The translations under genes were made by a program, and so were the position numbers. A DNA stretch of 64,000 bases from Entomortierella parvispora E1425 (Eukaryota; Fungi; Mortierellomycota): positions 2,108,001-2,172,000 of the forward strand of contig BQFW01000002.1 of the NCBI GenBank assembly GCA_020891255.1, written 5' to 3'. Every line of letters begins with the position of its first letter. Position 1 is the first letter of the stretch. The notes under the pieces were generated by a model that saw nothing but the letters and a program-made list of their open reading frames with translations, was not told where the DNA came from and ran no database searches. This document shows, piece after piece, positions 62,149 to 64,000 of this stretch.

Positions 62149-64000
62149 CTATGGAATGCGCGATTTGAAAAGAGTATATCGATCAATGGTATCTAGCCCC
62201 TGAAGTACACGTTTCTCGCCTCCAGCGTGGAACAAATCACTATTTGCTTGGCCCGATTGTCTCCCATCGAGCATGCTCGTCACAGCCGCATCAGCTGCTT
62301 TTTCCTCAAGGGAAGCACTTGACTCTCGTGCCATTCTATCTGTCTTTCTCTCCGCCTGCTCTCTGGACTCCATTGTCATGAAACGATGGTGCGCAAATCC
62401 AAGTAAATTGATGCCAATCAACAACTTGAGTGCCACCAAGCAGACGTATGTGGCCAGGCAAACCAAGATGATCACCCCATACTCCATGAGACGATGCCAA
62501 AACTCCTGCGAGATGCCAATCTTATGTGCTTGGTATAGAGTCCAGCAATACAGAGTCATAGTGTTTAGCGTAATCGCCGTCCATGCAAACTTTGAAAAGG
62601 ACAAGGCAAAGTTGAGGAGACTGGATACGGCTGCACCGAATCCGGACGAGAATTCGATTGGAGGAACTTGCCAGATATTTGCCAGATGCTCGAACTGCAG
62701 TGCAGATACAGTTACAGCTGGTGCGATAGCCATCTCTTCTGGAAGAGTTGCCATGACCATTTGGAGCGTCTGCACTGTCACACAAATTACGAGACAAGCC
62801 AAGGGAAGTGCAGCTAGCCCAATACGGCGGGATACCATCGGTGACTGGTCGACAAACATCTGTTGCTGCTACAAAGGGAGTATAAAGTAAATTAGAGTCA
62901 TCCTTACAAATTCGTCTAGGACCAGTAAAACTGAAGACTCACGTTATTCCGACCTGCAATCCTGGCTGGACTTCCTACAACTAGGTCTCTGCTCAAGATA
63001 TCTACAAAGCGATCGTATACGCTTGGACGAATTTGATTGAACTTGGTGATAAATGCATGCTTCAGCCAGTCCACAAGGGTTTCGCACCCAAGTACGAGGA
63101 TACATGGCGTTAGAAGTCGTGCGACTGCCGTCATGGACGAGAACAATGGGACGAACGATTGTGGGTACACAGAGAAGGGCGAGGGCGGTGCAGCCGACAG
63201 TTCTACTAAATTTCGAATTGTGATGATAGTAACGAACACTGAAAGCTGAAATCGCTCAACGATATCTAATAAGAAGGAAACCACAACACGTCATATCAAT
63301 CAAACTTGCCCTCCAAGCGCATTTTAGGTCCTCAATCGACTTACCACTGCAACTAAGTTGAAAAAGATTTTCTTTTTCGAATTTTTTGAAGACACTTCCT
63401 TTGATCTCCACAAACTGATTGCTGATCAATAATGTCAAAAGAGCGTTCGAATAAGAGTTTACGGCAACGTTCAAGGTCACCATTTGAAAGAACAAGACCA
63501 TCGTATGAGCCACTAAAGAAAGTAAGAAGTTGTTAACTCACAACTGTTTAACGAAAAGAATTCCACAAAAAAACACAAAAAAAAACATACATATGTAGAG
63601 GATAGCCAAGACCACAAATGTCAGAGGTCTTGCATGTCGGGATGCAGTGTGGCTGGTCTTTGGTGGATGGCTGCCCAGCGTCGACTTTGAAAACAAGGAG
63701 TCCAGAATGTCTTGCCCAAAGGAGCAACAGAGTCGATCAAATATCTACAAGATTCAAGCCCCGTTAATAGGACACTCCAAGACCGTATGCACTTCAACCA
63801 TTTCCTGATGCATACCTCAAGGCAATTGAAAATGGCGTAAAGCTTCATGGCGTTTTGTCCTCGAATAAAGTGATATGTCCTGGACGCGTCTACTGATTGA
63901 AGGATTGTGCATGCCACCACTACCAAGGTAACTTTAATCAGGTCGCACTTCTGCGAGGACTTCAGTCGGCTAGATAAACGAGAGGATAGCCGCATTAGTC
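62149..64000 (-). CDS. EMP65: TAPT1/Emp65 (DUF747) multi-pass ER membrane protein, 5' part beyond the window
   Basis: DASRTYHFIRGQNAMKLYAIFNCLE, DRLCCSFGQDILDSL, TLNVAVNSYSNALLTLLISNQFVEIKGSVFKKFEKENLFQLSC, DIVERFQL, LVDWLKHAFITKFN and RRIGLAALPLACL. Confidence 0.95.

Overview
Eukaryotic, intron-rich fungal DNA, most likely from an early-diverging fungus of the Mortierellaceae type. This taxonomy is inferred from the F-box/LRR gene style, the short GT-AG introns with CTRAC branch points and the gene content. I can support about 20 apparently intact protein genes: a CNT nucleoside transporter, a giant PH/low-complexity protein, two F-box/LRR-type proteins, an ICMT-like methyltransferase, a GPI-anchored Ser/Thr-rich protein, POL5, a membrane-anchored coiled-coil protein, aspartokinase, a mitochondrial PPR protein, a Pmp3-family protein, an IQM-like protein, mL50, NOC4, NOP15, LAA1/HEATR5, a BEM3-like PX-PH-RhoGAP, TAPT1/EMP65 and two small unknown proteins. 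There is also one tRNA-Val(AAC), a decayed Mutator-like transposase fragment, a probable pseudogene, a small ORF split by a 1-nt frameshift, and several microsatellites. I found no multi-gene novel system, CRISPR array or rRNA. The best leads are an obligatory 4-nt microexon in the Pmp3 gene, a p180/kinectin-like protein revealed only by splicing two ORFs, a frameshifted ORF at a G5 run, a GC-AG intron inside a PH domain, and recurrent intergenic TCACGTGA palindromes. All family assignments come from motif recognition by eye, not database searches.
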